The notes: generated by a model not told the origin, from the sequence alone. A stretch of DNA of 64,000 bases from Octopus bimaculoides (GCF_001194135.2 NC_069000.1:29305998-29369997), one strand, 5' to 3'; numbered from the stretch's first letter, positions 15,751 to 32,250 are shown. Made by a program: numbers and translations.

Positions 15751-17013
15751 TGGCACAAGGCCAGGAAATTTGAGGGGAAAGGGGGGGGGGTAAGCCAATT
15801 GCATCAACTCCAGTGTTCCACTGGTATTTATTTCATCGATCAAAAAAGGATGAAAGGCAAAGTCAAGCTTGGTGGTATTTGAACTTAGAATGTAAAGATG
15901 GACAGCTTGTTTGTGAAATTAATGTGCAAGTGGCTGAGCACTCCACAAACACATGTACCCATAGCATAGTTTTTATGGAGATTCAACATAACATGATTGG
16001 TCATTTGAATTACATGTGCTGCTCAATTTTGCCAGCTGTGTGAACTGGCGCAAAAGTCTCTCACTCAAGGACACAATGCACTGCCAGGAATTGAACTCGT
16101 GACCTTACAATTGTGAGCTGAATACCCTAACCAATAAACCATGTGCCTTCATAAGAAAGACTATGTCAAAAAAAAAAAAGGCATGATGGTCACGGTTGGA
16201 ATGTTTTTAGTCATATGCCTACTTGATCGGGGATGACTTGACGGTTAATGAACATGTTAACAAGAGTTTTATAGCAGAATGACTCTTGCTGTGAGTGACC
16301 CCTATTTGGACATTAAAATCTACTGTGAGCAGGAATATGGAAAGGTTAAAAACATCAGCTTTTGCTATCTAAACTAGTGGATTTGGGACTCATTGGTTTA
16401 GATGAACTCAAATTTAAATTGTATGCAGTTATTTTGAAAATACTTCATGGAGTGACAACTATGCCCTGTATAGTTACAGGCTGCCCTTTGGCAAGGTATA
16501 GCATCCATTCAACCACCCTGCCAGGGATACGGAAAAGTCATGGGACTGCAGCATGGTGAATTGTGAAGAGGTAGCAGAAGAGCTCAACTGAGCTTCTTAC
16601 ATTGATGCTGAGTGGAGGAATCCTAGCAGCTCAACAGTCAGGATCACCAAGCTCTATCAAGAGAGAGTAACTACAATGCTTCTACAGGGGTGGCATCCAG
16701 GGTTGTGTAATCAGCTCATGAAAGATTCCCTATGACTCAAGCTCCCAATTCAAATTCATAATAATGGAATTGGATGGTGACAGACAGTCATGGGAATCCA
16801 CAAAAGCATCAAAATCAAAAAAAAAAAAGAAACGTGTAATACTAATAATGGTAACTCCTGCAATGATAGGACTTCCAGGTTAGATACTCTGTTATAGACA
16901 TATAATTCAATTAATGGTGGGATCTAGGTTAGACACATGTAGAATCTCAGATGTAATGCCACTAGGGGTACAGTTTTTAGGTTAGATAAATATAATACCA
17001 AAGATGTAGCATT

Positions 17014-17071
17014 TTTGATCAAGGACACACTCTAGAGTGGAATGAGTTCCTGAAAAACTGGGAGCTTTGGT
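17014..17071 (-). pseudogene. Diverged intronic partial duplicate of Cic exon Q (C1 domain)
   Basis: 58-nt gap-free alignment to 18042-18099 with 47/58 identities by manual count. In-frame TKAPSFSGTHSTLECVLDQ versus [19 protein letters not shown]. Confidence 0.75.
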
Positions 17072-17439
17072 TTACCTCCAGGTTAACTCTGATCAAATAA
17101 ATTCTAGCCATCACTATTCTACCTTTTCAAAAAGTTTATCTTGGACTACATTATCTAGTTTGCTTTTATTTTTTTCTTTGAGATAGTATAGTGTGAGTTG
17201 ATGGAGATTTGACTGTTATTTCTAGAGGATCAAACGATGATGCACAGGATACATCCTTAGCTTGCATCAATAGTGATAAGATTTCTAGGTTAGATAAACG
17301 GTTAGAATTAGCAACTATAGCATTCTTAGGCTACAACATATTGCTTCAGCCACAACTACCCTAAGGTATTATCACAGAAGAGCAGCTTACACAACCCCCT
17401 AGAACCTAATAATAGAAAGACATTTCAAAAGAGTAGGCA

Positions 17440-17573
17440 CAGGCATGGCTGTGTGATGAGAAGCTTCCTTCCCAACCACCTTGGGCAAGTGTCTTTTATA
17501 GCTTTGTGTCAACCAAAGCCATGGGAGTAGATTTGGTAGATGGAAACTGAAAGAAGCCCATTGTATATATAAA

Positions 17574-17638
<65 letters not shown>

Positions 17639-17875
17639 CTACATGCGTGTGTATCTTTGTGTCTGTGTTTGTCTCCACCATCACCACTTGACAACCAGTG
17701 TTGGTGTGTTTACATCCTTGTAGTTTAATGGTTCAGCAAGAGAGGCTGATAAAATAAGTACTACACTTAAAAGATAAGTCCTGAAGTCGATTTATATGAA
17801 TAAGACCCCTTGATGTGGTGCTCCAGCATGGCCACAATCAAATGACTGAAACAAGTAAAAGAATAAAAGAATATT
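17440..17875 (+). mobile_element. tRNA-derived SINE family B with internal (GT)n(AT)n (other copies at ~2270, ~5560, and minus ~3520, ~34790, ~56540, ~58240, ~58740)
   Basis: ggcacaggcatggctgtgtg...ccttgggcaagtgtctt...gaaactgaaagaagccc...ggtgctccagcatggcc...gaataaaagaat. Confidence 0.8.
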
Positions 17876-17916
17876 GCCAGCGTCCACTTAATGTCATCAG
17901 TAACAATACCCCCTCA

Positions 17917-18165
<249 letters not shown>

Positions 18166-18499
18166 TTATATTTGCCACCAGGGTAATGTATGAGGGGGAT
18201 GATACAAAGAGAGACATGAAGTCTGTCTTTGTAGACATGAATTTGTGTGTGTTGGGAGGGGTTATACTAAATCAAATGAGTAAAAATTAAATGATTAAAA
18301 GTATACATGATGTAATTCTCCTGATACAGGATGACCTCTATCCAGAGCCATTCAAGGAATCCCATCATCAAAGATCGCCTTGAATACCAACGGCAAATAC
18401 CATCTCTAATTGTCCATTCATCCACTCTTGCTATCTTCATAATTTTCATCCATCTTTCAATAAATTCACTTTAGGACAGTACCTTTTTCTCCAATCTCA

Positions 18500-19560
18500 T
18501 CTTCCCTTTTAAGTAAAACTTGTGAAAATCAATGACGGATTGACCGAGGATAGTGCATGAATTATCCACTACACAAACTCTTTAGCTACAGCCACCAGAC
18601 AAGAAAACTTCCATCCCTGCCTGGTTAAAAGAAGTGGCAGAACAATCATCCCAATGTTAAATCTGTCCCACACATGACAGCAATGTAACTTTGCAAATCA
18701 ACAATGCCAGGATACTGAACAAGAGCATACAAAATGCTTTCTGCATCTCTGCATGCACCTAGAACAGGCTCATCTAATGGCACTTCCATGCCTGTAAAAT
18801 TTATCTCAAACCATTCGAGCTCCACAGTAGCATCACCAGGACAAGGACCTCTAGAAGTTGCCCATAACAATCTCCATCTTGAAAGAGCTCCAAAACAGAC
18901 CAGCCAGTTCAATTTTACTGATGCTCAAAATTTTTCCAAGAACATCATTGTTCTTTCCCTCCACTAACCATCTATAGATTGCCAGTGTGGGACAGGGCAG
19001 TGAGCACCTAATGACATGCAAGAAGCCAGGGGCTCAGTCTGGCTTCAAAACAACACCACCAAAGAGACAAGCTGCAGAAAGATGTACCTCATGAATGGCC
19101 ACTAAACATGCTCACTGCCCAGGAATCTCGGCAGGTGGGGAAGTGTGAACATGTGCCTGTGCATCAGCATCTACAGCATGCTCAGCTTACTGTGCAGAGG
19201 GTGCTGGTAAGAGATGGACAGCTGATTAGTGAAACATGTCCCTTTCACAAAAAACCAAAGAGCAGATTCTTCAGTATTTTTTCTGAGTGAGACTGATCAA
19301 TTTTCTTGTTACATTGTCCCAGTACTGGTCCTCCTGCAAGTTGGAACTGAACCAGATCCTGAGCATTTTAAAATGATCTGTTGATCCAACCTCTTACAAC
19401 TTGTCTCTCCCAGTTACTGAGCTACAAGTTCACCAACTTCTTCAAGTTGATTTTTGCTCCTCCATGCCTTGTATTCCTTCAGAATGATGTTGATCCTCAC
19501 TACTTGGGAAGTGTCCAACAGCATGATGTTGATAACATCCGTTGACATGGCCCTCCCTCA
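18500..19560 (-). mobile_element. Decayed L1/Tx1-like LINE 3' region
   Basis: Across frameshifts: RSLSW*CY-GA--V*DKFYRHGSAI-ACSRC and AESILYALVQ, resembling the C-terminal Cys/His region of L1/Tx1 ORF2. Confidence 0.5.
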
Positions 19561-20319
19561 ATTCATAACATACTTTGTATAATAGTAGTCATCATAGTCA
19601 TCATCAGCTTTTAATATCCATCTTGCATGAAAGGTTTGACAGGAGACGATGGCTCTGAAGACTGCATTGTACCCTAATGTTTGCTTTGGTATGATTTCTG
19701 TAGCTGGATGCTCCTCCTAATCTCCACCACTTCACAGAATGCACTAAGTGCATTTTTTTTGAGGCACTGGCATTAGTGAAGTTACCATGTAACTCAAAAA
19801 ACTAAGATCTCCTTCAAATGAATGTAGCTACAGTAGAGGAGGTGGCTTTATGTCAGATGATGATAGGTTAAAGTATAAAAGAAGGGACCAGAACAGCTAC
19901 TTGCATTAAGTGGGAGTAATTGGGGTGGAGCTGGAAAGTGGTGATGAGGTACCAACTTGGACCCTCAAGATACAGGGAGTAAGTGGGGACAGAAGAACAA
20001 AAAGTATGAGTGGGTAAAGGTTTCAAGTGTGTATAGGGAGAATAAGAACTCATAAAAAATGAGGCAGGGGTGATGCAGTGAATATAATGAATGAAGAAAA
20101 ATAGTTGAGGGATGAATAATTGCAGAAATAAGGTTGCAGTTGACTTCCATTTCTCCCATTGCTAAACTGGTTCTTATGCCATTGATCCTCAATGGAAGAA
20201 AAGCAAAGTTGACTCTAGCAGGGGGATTTGAACTCAAAACATGTAACTAAATACTGCAAATCATTTATCTGCCATTCTCTTGTTCTGTCACCCAGAGAAA
20301 TAATAATAATAATAATCCT

Positions 20320-21410
20320 TTCTACTACAGGCACAAGGCCTGAAATTTGGGGGAGGGGGGACTAGCTGATTACACTGACCCCAGTATTCCACTGGTACTT
20401 AACTTATCGACCCCAAAAGGATGAAAGGCAAAGTCAACTTTGGTGGAATTTGAACTCAGAACATAAAGATGGATGAAATCCCGCTAAACATCTTGCCCAG
20501 TGTGCTAACAATTCTGCCAGCTTGCCACCTTAATAATGATGATGATGATGATGATGATGACAATAATAATAGTAATAATAATGCTTTCTACTATAGGCAC
20601 AAGGCCTGAAATTTGGGGGGAAGGGATTAGTCGATTAGATCAACCCCAGTGTTTCACTGGTACTTAATCCATCGACCCCAAAAGGATGAAAAGCAAAGTT
20701 GACCATGGCAGAATTTAACTCAGAACATAAAGACAGATGAAATGCCACTAAGCAGCTTGCTTAACAGCAATTCGTGTCTTTCTGTTCTGAATTCAAATTC
20801 TGCCAGGGTTGACTTTACCTTTCATCCTTTGAGAGTTGTTAAAATAAGTAACAGTTGAGCACTGGGGTCAATGTAATCGACTAGCTCCTCCATCTACCCC
20901 AAAATTTCAGGCCTTGTGCATATAGTAGAAAGAATTATTATTATTATTATTATTAAGGCAGTGAGCTGGCAGAATCGTTAGCATGCTGGACGAAATGCTT
21001 AGTGGTATTTCACCTGTCACTACTTTCTGAGTTCAAATTCCACTGAGGTAGACTTTACCTTCCATCCTTTCGGGGTCAATAAGATAAGTATCAGTTGAAC
21101 ACTGGGGTCGATGTAATTGACTCATCCCCTCCCCCAAAACTGCTGCCCTTGTAGCAAAATTTGAAACCATTTTTATTATTACTATTATTCCTAATTTAGG
21201 CACAAGGCCAGCAATTTTAAGGAGAGGGGCTAATAAATTACATCAACCCCAGTACTAGATTGGTATTTCATTGACCCTAAAAGGATGAAAACAAAGCTGA
21301 CCTTAGCAGTATTTGAACTCAGAATGTAGAGAGCCAGAACAAAATACTGCAAGGTATTTTTTCCAGTGTTCTAATGGTTCTGTCAGCTCGCAATCCTTAA
21401 TCTGTAGTTT
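20320..21410. mobile_element. Cluster of five tRNA-derived SINEs (family A): -, -, +, +, -
   Basis: Full plus copy at 20956-21175 with A-box-like TGGCAGAATCG and B-box-like GAGTTCAAATTC; body ...ggggtcgatgtaattgac...; (ATT)n flanks. Confidence 0.88.
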
Positions 21411-22575
21411 AGGAATCTCTGGAGAGATGAAAAGTGAAGTTGATCTCAACATGATTTGGACTTAGAAAGTAGAGCTGGAACAGATGATGGAAGGCATTTG
21501 TGCAACACTTTAGTGCACACACATGCACGTCTTACCTCTCTTCCCCTTGATCTTCCTGTCTAGAGAAAGCTCTTTTCACTTCAGCTGTCCCCAACTCCCA
21601 CATAATTTACTGCTGGAATTTACCATTTTGCCATTTTTGGACTCTTAGGACACCCTCCAACTTTGTAAAAATGTTTTCAAATGTTAGTTCTCTCCTCCAT
21701 TATAAATCTTCTAAAAACTCTTACACCTACTTAAACCGCTTTTGCATATTTTTTGATTATCAGCTTCTATCTTCCAAGATGTTTTACTAGTGTGTGTGTG
21801 TGTGTGTGTGTGTATTCATCAGCATTTTATTGAAAATGATTTTTTATCAATTTCTCCTGTTTTTTTTTTCTCTTCCCCACTCAACATTTTCTCTCTTATT
21901 CTCTGCCACCAATACAATATTTGTTAAAACTTAGCCCTCCTGTGTTGTCTTGTTTTAATTTATATTCACTTTTTCATAATATATATATGTGTGTGTGTTG
22001 TTTAACTGCTGTTGTTTGCCCATTTGATACTGGTAGACAAAGAATGTGAGAAAATAGAAAATACCAAGACCTAAAACACATACTTCAGAGAATTTAGAAT
22101 TGCCGTAATGTTGTTATTACTGCTTCTGTGTGGACATTTCTAACCTCATAACAGTTACAAGAAGTCTAAATGATGATTGAAGATGTTGGATATTGATGCT
22201 GTAGAAAGCCTGTTTGCTTGGCACATCAAGAACATTAAGAAAGGTGCTAAATACCAAAGGTTGCAATCCAATACCAGAAGAGCAATAATGAAATGATGAA
22301 CAGACGAATGGAATAAAAGTACTTTGTCATCTTTAAACAGAGATCACAGCTGTCAGTGAAGGAGCTTCTATGTAGTTCTTAGATTTATCTCAATACACAT
22401 AGATACACAATCATGGTGCCATGTAGAAAGCACTTGTGCCAGTGCCACATGAAAGTGCTTGTGCCAATGGCATGTTAAAAACACCCAAACCAAGCCAAAT
22501 CAGACCGGAACCTGGTACAGCTGCTCAGCTCTGTTCAAATTGTTCAACCCATGCCAGCATGGAAAACAGATGTTA

Positions 22576-23046
<471 letters not shown>

Positions 23047-23325
23047 TTAAAAAATGGATATTAAAATGAATTCAATGAATTGACCGACAGATCATGCTGA
23101 TTGTATTGGGGGGNNNNNNNNNNNNNNNNNNNNNNNNNNNNNNNNNNNNNNNNGGGGGGGGGGGAGCGTGTTTATGATTTAGCAGTGGCTGCAATAAAGC
23201 TGCAATGGAGTCAGAAGTTGTGTTGTAGTGTAGTGAAAAACATCAGCAATAGTGATGCAGTAGAGTCAACAAAGACTGAGAAGAAGGAAACAAAACAAAA
23301 AAGACTCTCTCTTGCCATCAACTTA

Positions 23326-23478
<153 letters not shown>

Positions 23479-23631
23479 TCAAATAAGTCATATTGTAATC
23501 AACAATGAACAAGTGGTAATGATAATGATAATGATGGTGGTGGTGGAGATGACTGTATTGATGATGAGAGGTTAGGGTTAGGGTTATGGTGGAGAGGATG
23601 ATGGTAATCATTATGGCGATGATGGTGTTTA

Positions 23632-23949
<318 letters not shown>

Positions 23950-24015
23950 CTAGTTGGAGGCCTGTATTTTCATTGATACTACTACTACTACTACTACTAC
24001 TACTAATAATAATAA

Positions 24016-24096
24016 TGTCTGAATATTTTTTATTATACCCAAGGCACCTACTATCATAGTAGGTGCCTTAGGTATAATAAAAAAAATATTCAGACA
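24016..24096. repeat. 81-bp near-perfect inverted repeat
   Basis: tgtctgaatattttttattatacccaaggcacctactat-c-atagtaggtgccttaggtataataaaaaaaatattcagaca: one mismatch and a 2-nt A-run bulge. Confidence 0.95.
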
Positions 24097-24305
24097 AATA
24101 CATAACAAAAACACCAGGACTTACAAGTATATATAACATACAGAAAATTGCACTACTGGGCACTGCACACATCCTACGCAAAACACTTTCAATACAGTAA
24201 CCATAAGAGCATCACAGCAAACCACAGCACATACCCAAGGCACACAGAGCTGCGCTCGGTAGTGAAGTTAAAGCACGTTATAAAAATAAATAATAATAGT
24301 AATAA
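24052..24305 (+). mobile_element. Short 5'-truncated 3' end of an RLE-type LINE
   Basis: Translates IIVGALGIIKK-YSDKYITKTPGLTSIYNIQKIALLGTAHILRKTLSIQ* (one frameshift in the A-run), followed by a short 3' UTR and an (AAT)n tail. Confidence 0.75.
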
Positions 24306-24396
24306 TGTTACTATATTGCTGTTGCTACTACTACTACTACTACTACTATTATTGCTATTGATGTTATCAGAACTATTGCTGTTGCCGCCAACACTG

Positions 24397-24427
<31 letters not shown>

Positions 24428-24889
24428 AAATATCACAACTGCTACTGCTAACAATCAATCCTGTTAATTCTGAAGAAGTGTTGAAATTAATTTAAACTCA
24501 ATCTCAAGACATTACTAGTTCTTTATTTTATCAATGCCAAAAGGATGAAAAGTAAAGTTGAACATAGCAGGATTTCAACTCAAAATGTGAATGGACATGA
24601 CTAAATATCACAGAGAATTTTTCCTCCTGTTTAACTTTCTTTTATCAATATCGAAAGGATGAAAAGAAAAGTTGACAAAAAGAGGATTTGAACTCAGAAT
24701 GTAAAATACCATAGCTAAATACCACAGGGTTTCATATAGTAATGATTTTGATAATCTACTGCCAAACTGTCCTCTACCACCACCACTAACAACAATAACA
24801 ATAACAATAACAGCAGCAGCAACAACAATGATGACAGCTGCAGCTCCAAGATATAGCACTGGTGTGACAGAGTACAGAAGTGATGAATT

Positions 24890-26030
24890 TAAGGGGCTAG
24901 ATAGGAAGACCAAGAAAATGACAACACTACAAGGGGCTCTGCACCCCAAAAGTGACTTGGGCAGGGTGTGTCTCTCATGATAGAGAGGAGGTAGAGGTCT
25001 TGTTAATTGTGAAATGTGTGTGAAATTTGAAGAAAATAATGGGGCATCATACGTAAAAAATACAAAAGAGGGATTGACAGTAGGAGTAAGAAAGATAGAA
25101 GTCCTAAGCAGTGATGAAGTAAAGGAAAATGGAGAATTTAAACAAGACAGACAGAATGACACCTTGAATAGATGGAAAGAAAAGAAATGTATGGTCGATT
25201 CTTGCAGGAAATGCTTGAAACAGTTGACAAAGATAAGATCTGGGAATGGACTAGGAAAAGCGACTTGAAAGTTGAAACTGAAGCCCTTATCTTCACAGCC
25301 CAAAAACAGGTACTGAGAACAAACTATATCAAGTTCAGTACTGCCAAGTAAGTGATTTTCCCATTTTGTAAGCTGTGTAGTGAGAAAGGTGAAACAATAA
25401 ACCGTGTTATTTTTTAATGTAAGATGCTTGCACAAAAAGAGTACAAGAGAAGGTACGACAACATTACCAGATTGGTTCACTGGAAGTTCTGTCATAAGTA
25501 TGACATGAGCAGAAGTGAGAAATGGTATGAACACTAACTGGGAAGGGTTGCTGAAAATGAACAATATAAGATCTTGTGGGACATGACCATCATACCGTGG
25601 CCAGAAAACCTGACATTGTTGTTAGAAAAGAAGAAAACAATGATAATGGATATTGCTTCAATGTTGGGCTAAAGGGTGAATGAGAAGGAAAGTGAGTTAA
25701 GAAATATCAGGAGCTGAAGAGGGAAATCAGGAAACTATGAAGAATTGGGCACTTAAAAGTGGTACTGGTTGTGGTTGGTGCACTGGGGGCAATTAGTAAA
25801 AGGTTGAATGCATGGCTTGAGAAGCTAGGAATTATCATCAGAATGGAGCTGTTGCAAAAAAAAAAAAAAAAAACCAGCCTTGTTAGGAACACCAAGAATT
25901 CCAAGGAAGGTGTTAGAAAGTTGAAATGAGAATGACCCATTGAATACGGCTCACTCTTTATGTATAGTGTTGGTATAACATCTGTCAGAGCAAAAGCATC
26001 ACAGATGATGATGATGATGATAATAATAAT
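24890..26030 (+). mobile_element. 3' fragment of a second RLE-type (R4-like) LINE family
   Basis: Broken translation LQGALHPKSDL, TEALIFTAQKQVLRTNY, CKLCSEKGETI, YKRRYDNITRLVHWKFC, KILWDMTI, RKPDIV, VVVGALGAISK. Ends in (GAT)n(AAT)n. Confidence 0.82.
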
Positions 26031-27091
26031 GGTTTCAAATTTTGGCACAAGGCCAGTAATTTTAAAGGTTGGGGTAAGTTAATAACATCAACCCCCAATG
26101 TTCAACTGGTACTTATTTTATCAACCTCAAAAGGATGAAATGCCACTAAGCATTCTGCCTGGTGTGCTAACAGTTCTACCAATAATAATAATAATCATTT
26201 CTTTATTAACCACTAGAATCAACAAGATTGCAAATGGTATAGGACACTAAGTGTTGGATTACATTGGAAAAAAAAAAATGATATGTAAATAACTAAAAAG
26301 AAATTCAAACAAAGAAAATTTTTCCTAAAGTGGGGAAGACCTCCAAGAGCTACTAGAAGCCTCACAATAACAAACTATGGTCACCTCAACACTAAAGCAA
26401 GCACCCTCTCTCACATGTTCTCCTCCACTCTACATGTACACGTGCAGAGCAGGCCTATTTATTTGAACCATGCTCACCACTCTCATTCACCTTTCAACAA
26501 ATTTACTGGAAGGCAGCACTTCCATCTCTACCCTCATCTTCTTTTTCAAGACAAACTTGTAAAGAAAGTTGTCAAGGGCTTGACCAAACAGGAAGGGTAG
26601 TAATTTTAAGAGGAGTGGGGGTGGGGTTTAGTTTATTACACCAACCTCAGTACATATAACTTTATTTTATTGACTTTGGAAGGATGAAAGCCAAAGTTGA
26701 CTCTGGTGGGATTTGAACTCAGAACGTAAAGAGTTCAAATAATTAGTATTTGGTATTTTCTCCAGCACTCTAATTAGTCTATCAACTTACTGTTGCTGTA
26801 ATTAATAATAACCATTTTAAATTTAGACTAGCATTTTGCGGGATGGGAATTAGCTGATACAATTGATCCCAGTACTGGTACTTTAATTTATCCACCCTGG
26901 AGGGATGAAAGGCAAAGATAACTTCAATGAGAATTGAATCAAATACACTCTAATGGTTCTGTGAATCTAACTGTAAACCTTGTTGTCAATGAACTAAAAT
27001 CAAAATCTGTAAGACAAAGTCTAAAACAAACTTGTAGCTATTTTTCAGTATCATTGGCTTTCACACTCACTCACACTTTATGGACATTTTA

Positions 27092-28630
<1,539 letters not shown>

Positions 28631-29832
28631 TTATTATAAAATCTTAATTATAGGATTCAGTCTGAAATAAATAAATAAATAAATACAAATCTATGAATTA
28701 ACCAGGGATGTACTAATTCTGTAGATGTAAATCCATCTGAAACACCTGCTGGTTTTATCATACAAAACATTACATTTTAAAGGATTCACATTTAAATTAA
28801 AATCATCCATCACAATTTTAAGAAAGAAAGTTTCATTACCTTCTAAACATAATGCCTCCAAATTCTCGATTGGTTTGAAAATTAATCAAAACACAATCAG
28901 TATATTTTCATCAAAAATGTGGTCACATAAAGATTGATATTCATCAAACATTCTAGGCTGATGCTTAGAACAGCAATGAATAAATCAGTTTGAGTTCAAG
29001 CTACTGGATGACTGACCAGATGATTTTGCATTTATATCTCAGTGCAGACACATATTGCCAGAGCTACAAGGCAAGATTCCATACTCCTACCTCATAAATA
29101 ACTCAATAGCAACAATACAGAGAATAAAGTTAAGAACTTCAACACTACATTTGTTGTGTTCTTAGGCAATGAATATAACTCGAGCTGTCAAGGGGTCTAC
29201 ATGGCTGACAAACAGGTTCCACTCATGCCTCTTTGGTTGAGTGGTAGTTAGCAGTAAGAAGGGTACTTACTGCCCAACTTTTAAAACACCTGCTCCAACA
29301 ATAAGCAAATTTTCAATTTATAAAAGCATCCTACCAACATGGACAAGTAGTAAGAATAGTAGGACAAGTAATAAGAAAAATAGCAAAAAATTTAAAGTAA
29401 CTTAATAGGAATGCTATGATATACTTGAATGTTTCAGCTGATTGAACAAATTGAATGCTTGTTGAAATTGTTGGATGATGTATGACTGCAAATTTAAAGC
29501 ATTATTTTTGCATAATTCAAATTTAGCTCAGAATAAATGGTAAATTCAGTTATGTTACTTGAACAATCACCTAATAGTGAATGTATGTGTGTGGGGGGCA
29601 TAATGGCTGCCAGGTTCAGATGCTGGATTATTCACCAACCACATGGATAATGAACTTGTAGTTCCATACAATTTGAATTAGACTAAACCTCAAGACAATG
29701 TAAATGATAGAACAGGACTCGTAGTGAGTACTGCCCCAGAAACCAGAGAGATTCTCCCAAAGAAAAAAGATTAGGACACTAATCTAATCGGAGTCAATCC
29801 TGGACACGAAGTGAGTACCATCTTAGAGGTTA

Positions 29833-30135
<303 letters not shown>

Positions 30136-30685
30136 CTATATAATACTAGTACAACATACACATGACATGGGGATATATGCACATGCACAAACCAGTCAAA
30201 CACACTGGCATTCATTCATACACACATAACATTACATTGGTGTGCACACAATACAGAAAGCTACACATGGGGATGATGATGATGATGGTAGTTGAAGAGA
30301 TTGAAAGACAGTATTATTTAGAGAAGATGTGGGGAACTACTTACACAACACCCCACCACCACATCTCTTCCAACAATTTCTAGATCTTTCCATCACTACT
30401 ACCACCTTCACCACCATAATGTTTAACCCATTAGAATTCAGATTAAATTGTATTAGAATTCTTATTTATTGACATTGTTTTGAATTAATCAGGCACTGTC
30501 TTGTATCTTCGAGATTTTGATGATGTATATTTTTTGAATGACATTGTAAGGCAGGTCTGAGAAACCCAACCTGGTTGGTTTGAACAGAAAACAGGTAGAA
30601 TATTTTGGCTGGATTTGGCTGGTTTAAATACTAAAGAGTTAAAGGAGGAAAGTGGTGTGTGTGTGTGTCTGTGTAGGGGGACTCA

Positions 30686-30889
<204 letters not shown>

Positions 30890-31059
30890 TCAACAAAAGG
30901 GTTGTAGCAAGAGTTGGTTAGAGACATAGGCACAAATACAATGTTACAGCATGGAATATGGACACTAAACGATGATCAGGATGATGAAAGACACACATAT
31001 AAAGATGTGAACATAAACACACAAGTACACACTTATATACACGTCAACATACTGAGCGA

Positions 31060-31640
31060 CCGAGACCTTTGGAGATGTGCTGTGCTTCAGAAGACCCGGC
31101 AAGCCAAGTGAGGCTGTAACCGTGGCCTATGCCAGTGCAGCATAACCGGCCCATTTAAGAGCACCCTTCAATCATTGGGCAATAAACTGTGCTTAAGACC
31201 TGTTGAGTTAAGTGAAGTCATTGTCGTGGCCAATGTCAGTACAGCCTGAGTGGCACCAGTGCAGGTGGCATGTAATAAGCACCATTTGGGCATGGTTGAT
31301 ACCAGTGCTGCCTGACTGGTCCCGTGCTGGAGACATGTAAAAATGCACCATTCGACTGTGGCTGTTGCCAGTGCCACCTGACTGGTTCCTGTGCTGGTGG
31401 CACATAAAAAGCACCATTCAAGCATGGTTGATGCCAGTACTGCCTGACAGGCCCTCATGCTGATGGTACATAAAAAACACCCACTACACTCTCAGAGTGC
31501 TTGGTGTTCGGAAGGGTATCCAGCTGTAGAAACCATGCCAGATCAGATTTGAGCCTGGTACAGCCTTCTGGCTTGCCAGTCCTCAGTAAAACCGTCCATG
31601 GAATGCGAACATTAAACAAGGACGATGATGATGATGATTC
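31060..31640 (+). mobile_element. RTE-associated 3' tail/SINE with internal ~60-bp tandem subrepeats
   Basis: Same tail as 32550-33090; about 4 copies of a gccagtgc(t)gcctgactgg...gcac(a/g)taaaaagcaccatt unit. Confidence 0.75.
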
Positions 31641-31644
31641 ATAT

Positions 31645-32250
31645 CATCATCATTTAACATCCGCTTTCCATGCTAGCATGGGTCGGGGGGTTTGATTGGG
31701 GACTGGCAAGCTGAGAGGCACCAGGCTCCAATCTGATTTGGCAAGATTTCTACAGTTAGATGCCAACCATTCCAAGAGTGTAGTGGGTGCTTTTTATGTG
31801 TCACTGGCACAGGAGCCAGTCAGGTGGCACTTGCATTGGCCATGCTTGAATGGAGCTTTTTACATGCCAGTCAGGTGGCACTAGCATCAGCCACAACTAT
31901 GATTTCACTTGGTTCAACAGGTCTTCACAAACACAGCATACTGCCCGACGATCCAAGGGTGCTTTTAAATGGGCTAGTTAAGCGACACTGGCATCAGCCA
32001 TGACTGCAATCTCACTTGGCTTGCCAAGTCTTCTCAAGCACAGCAAATCTCCAAAGGTCTTGACCACTTGCCATTGCCTCTACAAGCCCCAACATTCGAA
32101 AGTCATGCTTCACCACCTCATCTCATGTCTTACTGGGTCTACCTCTTCCACAGGTTCACTCTACTGTTAGGGTATTACACTTCTTCACACTGCTGTTCTC
32201 ATTCATATGCATCATATGATCATACCAGCACAGTTTGGTCTTCTGTCTGA
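31645..32250 (-). mobile_element. RTE-clade 3' end and tail, inverted copy
   Basis: Reverse complement of the 32450-33090 sequence (cttcaccacctcatc...cctcttccacaggttc; catcatttaacatccgctttccatgctagcatggg). Confidence 0.8.

Noticed and set aside
23570-23586. (TTAGGG)-like interstitial telomeric repeat
   Set aside because: Under three units, inside a GAT/GGT simple-repeat patch; compatible with chance.
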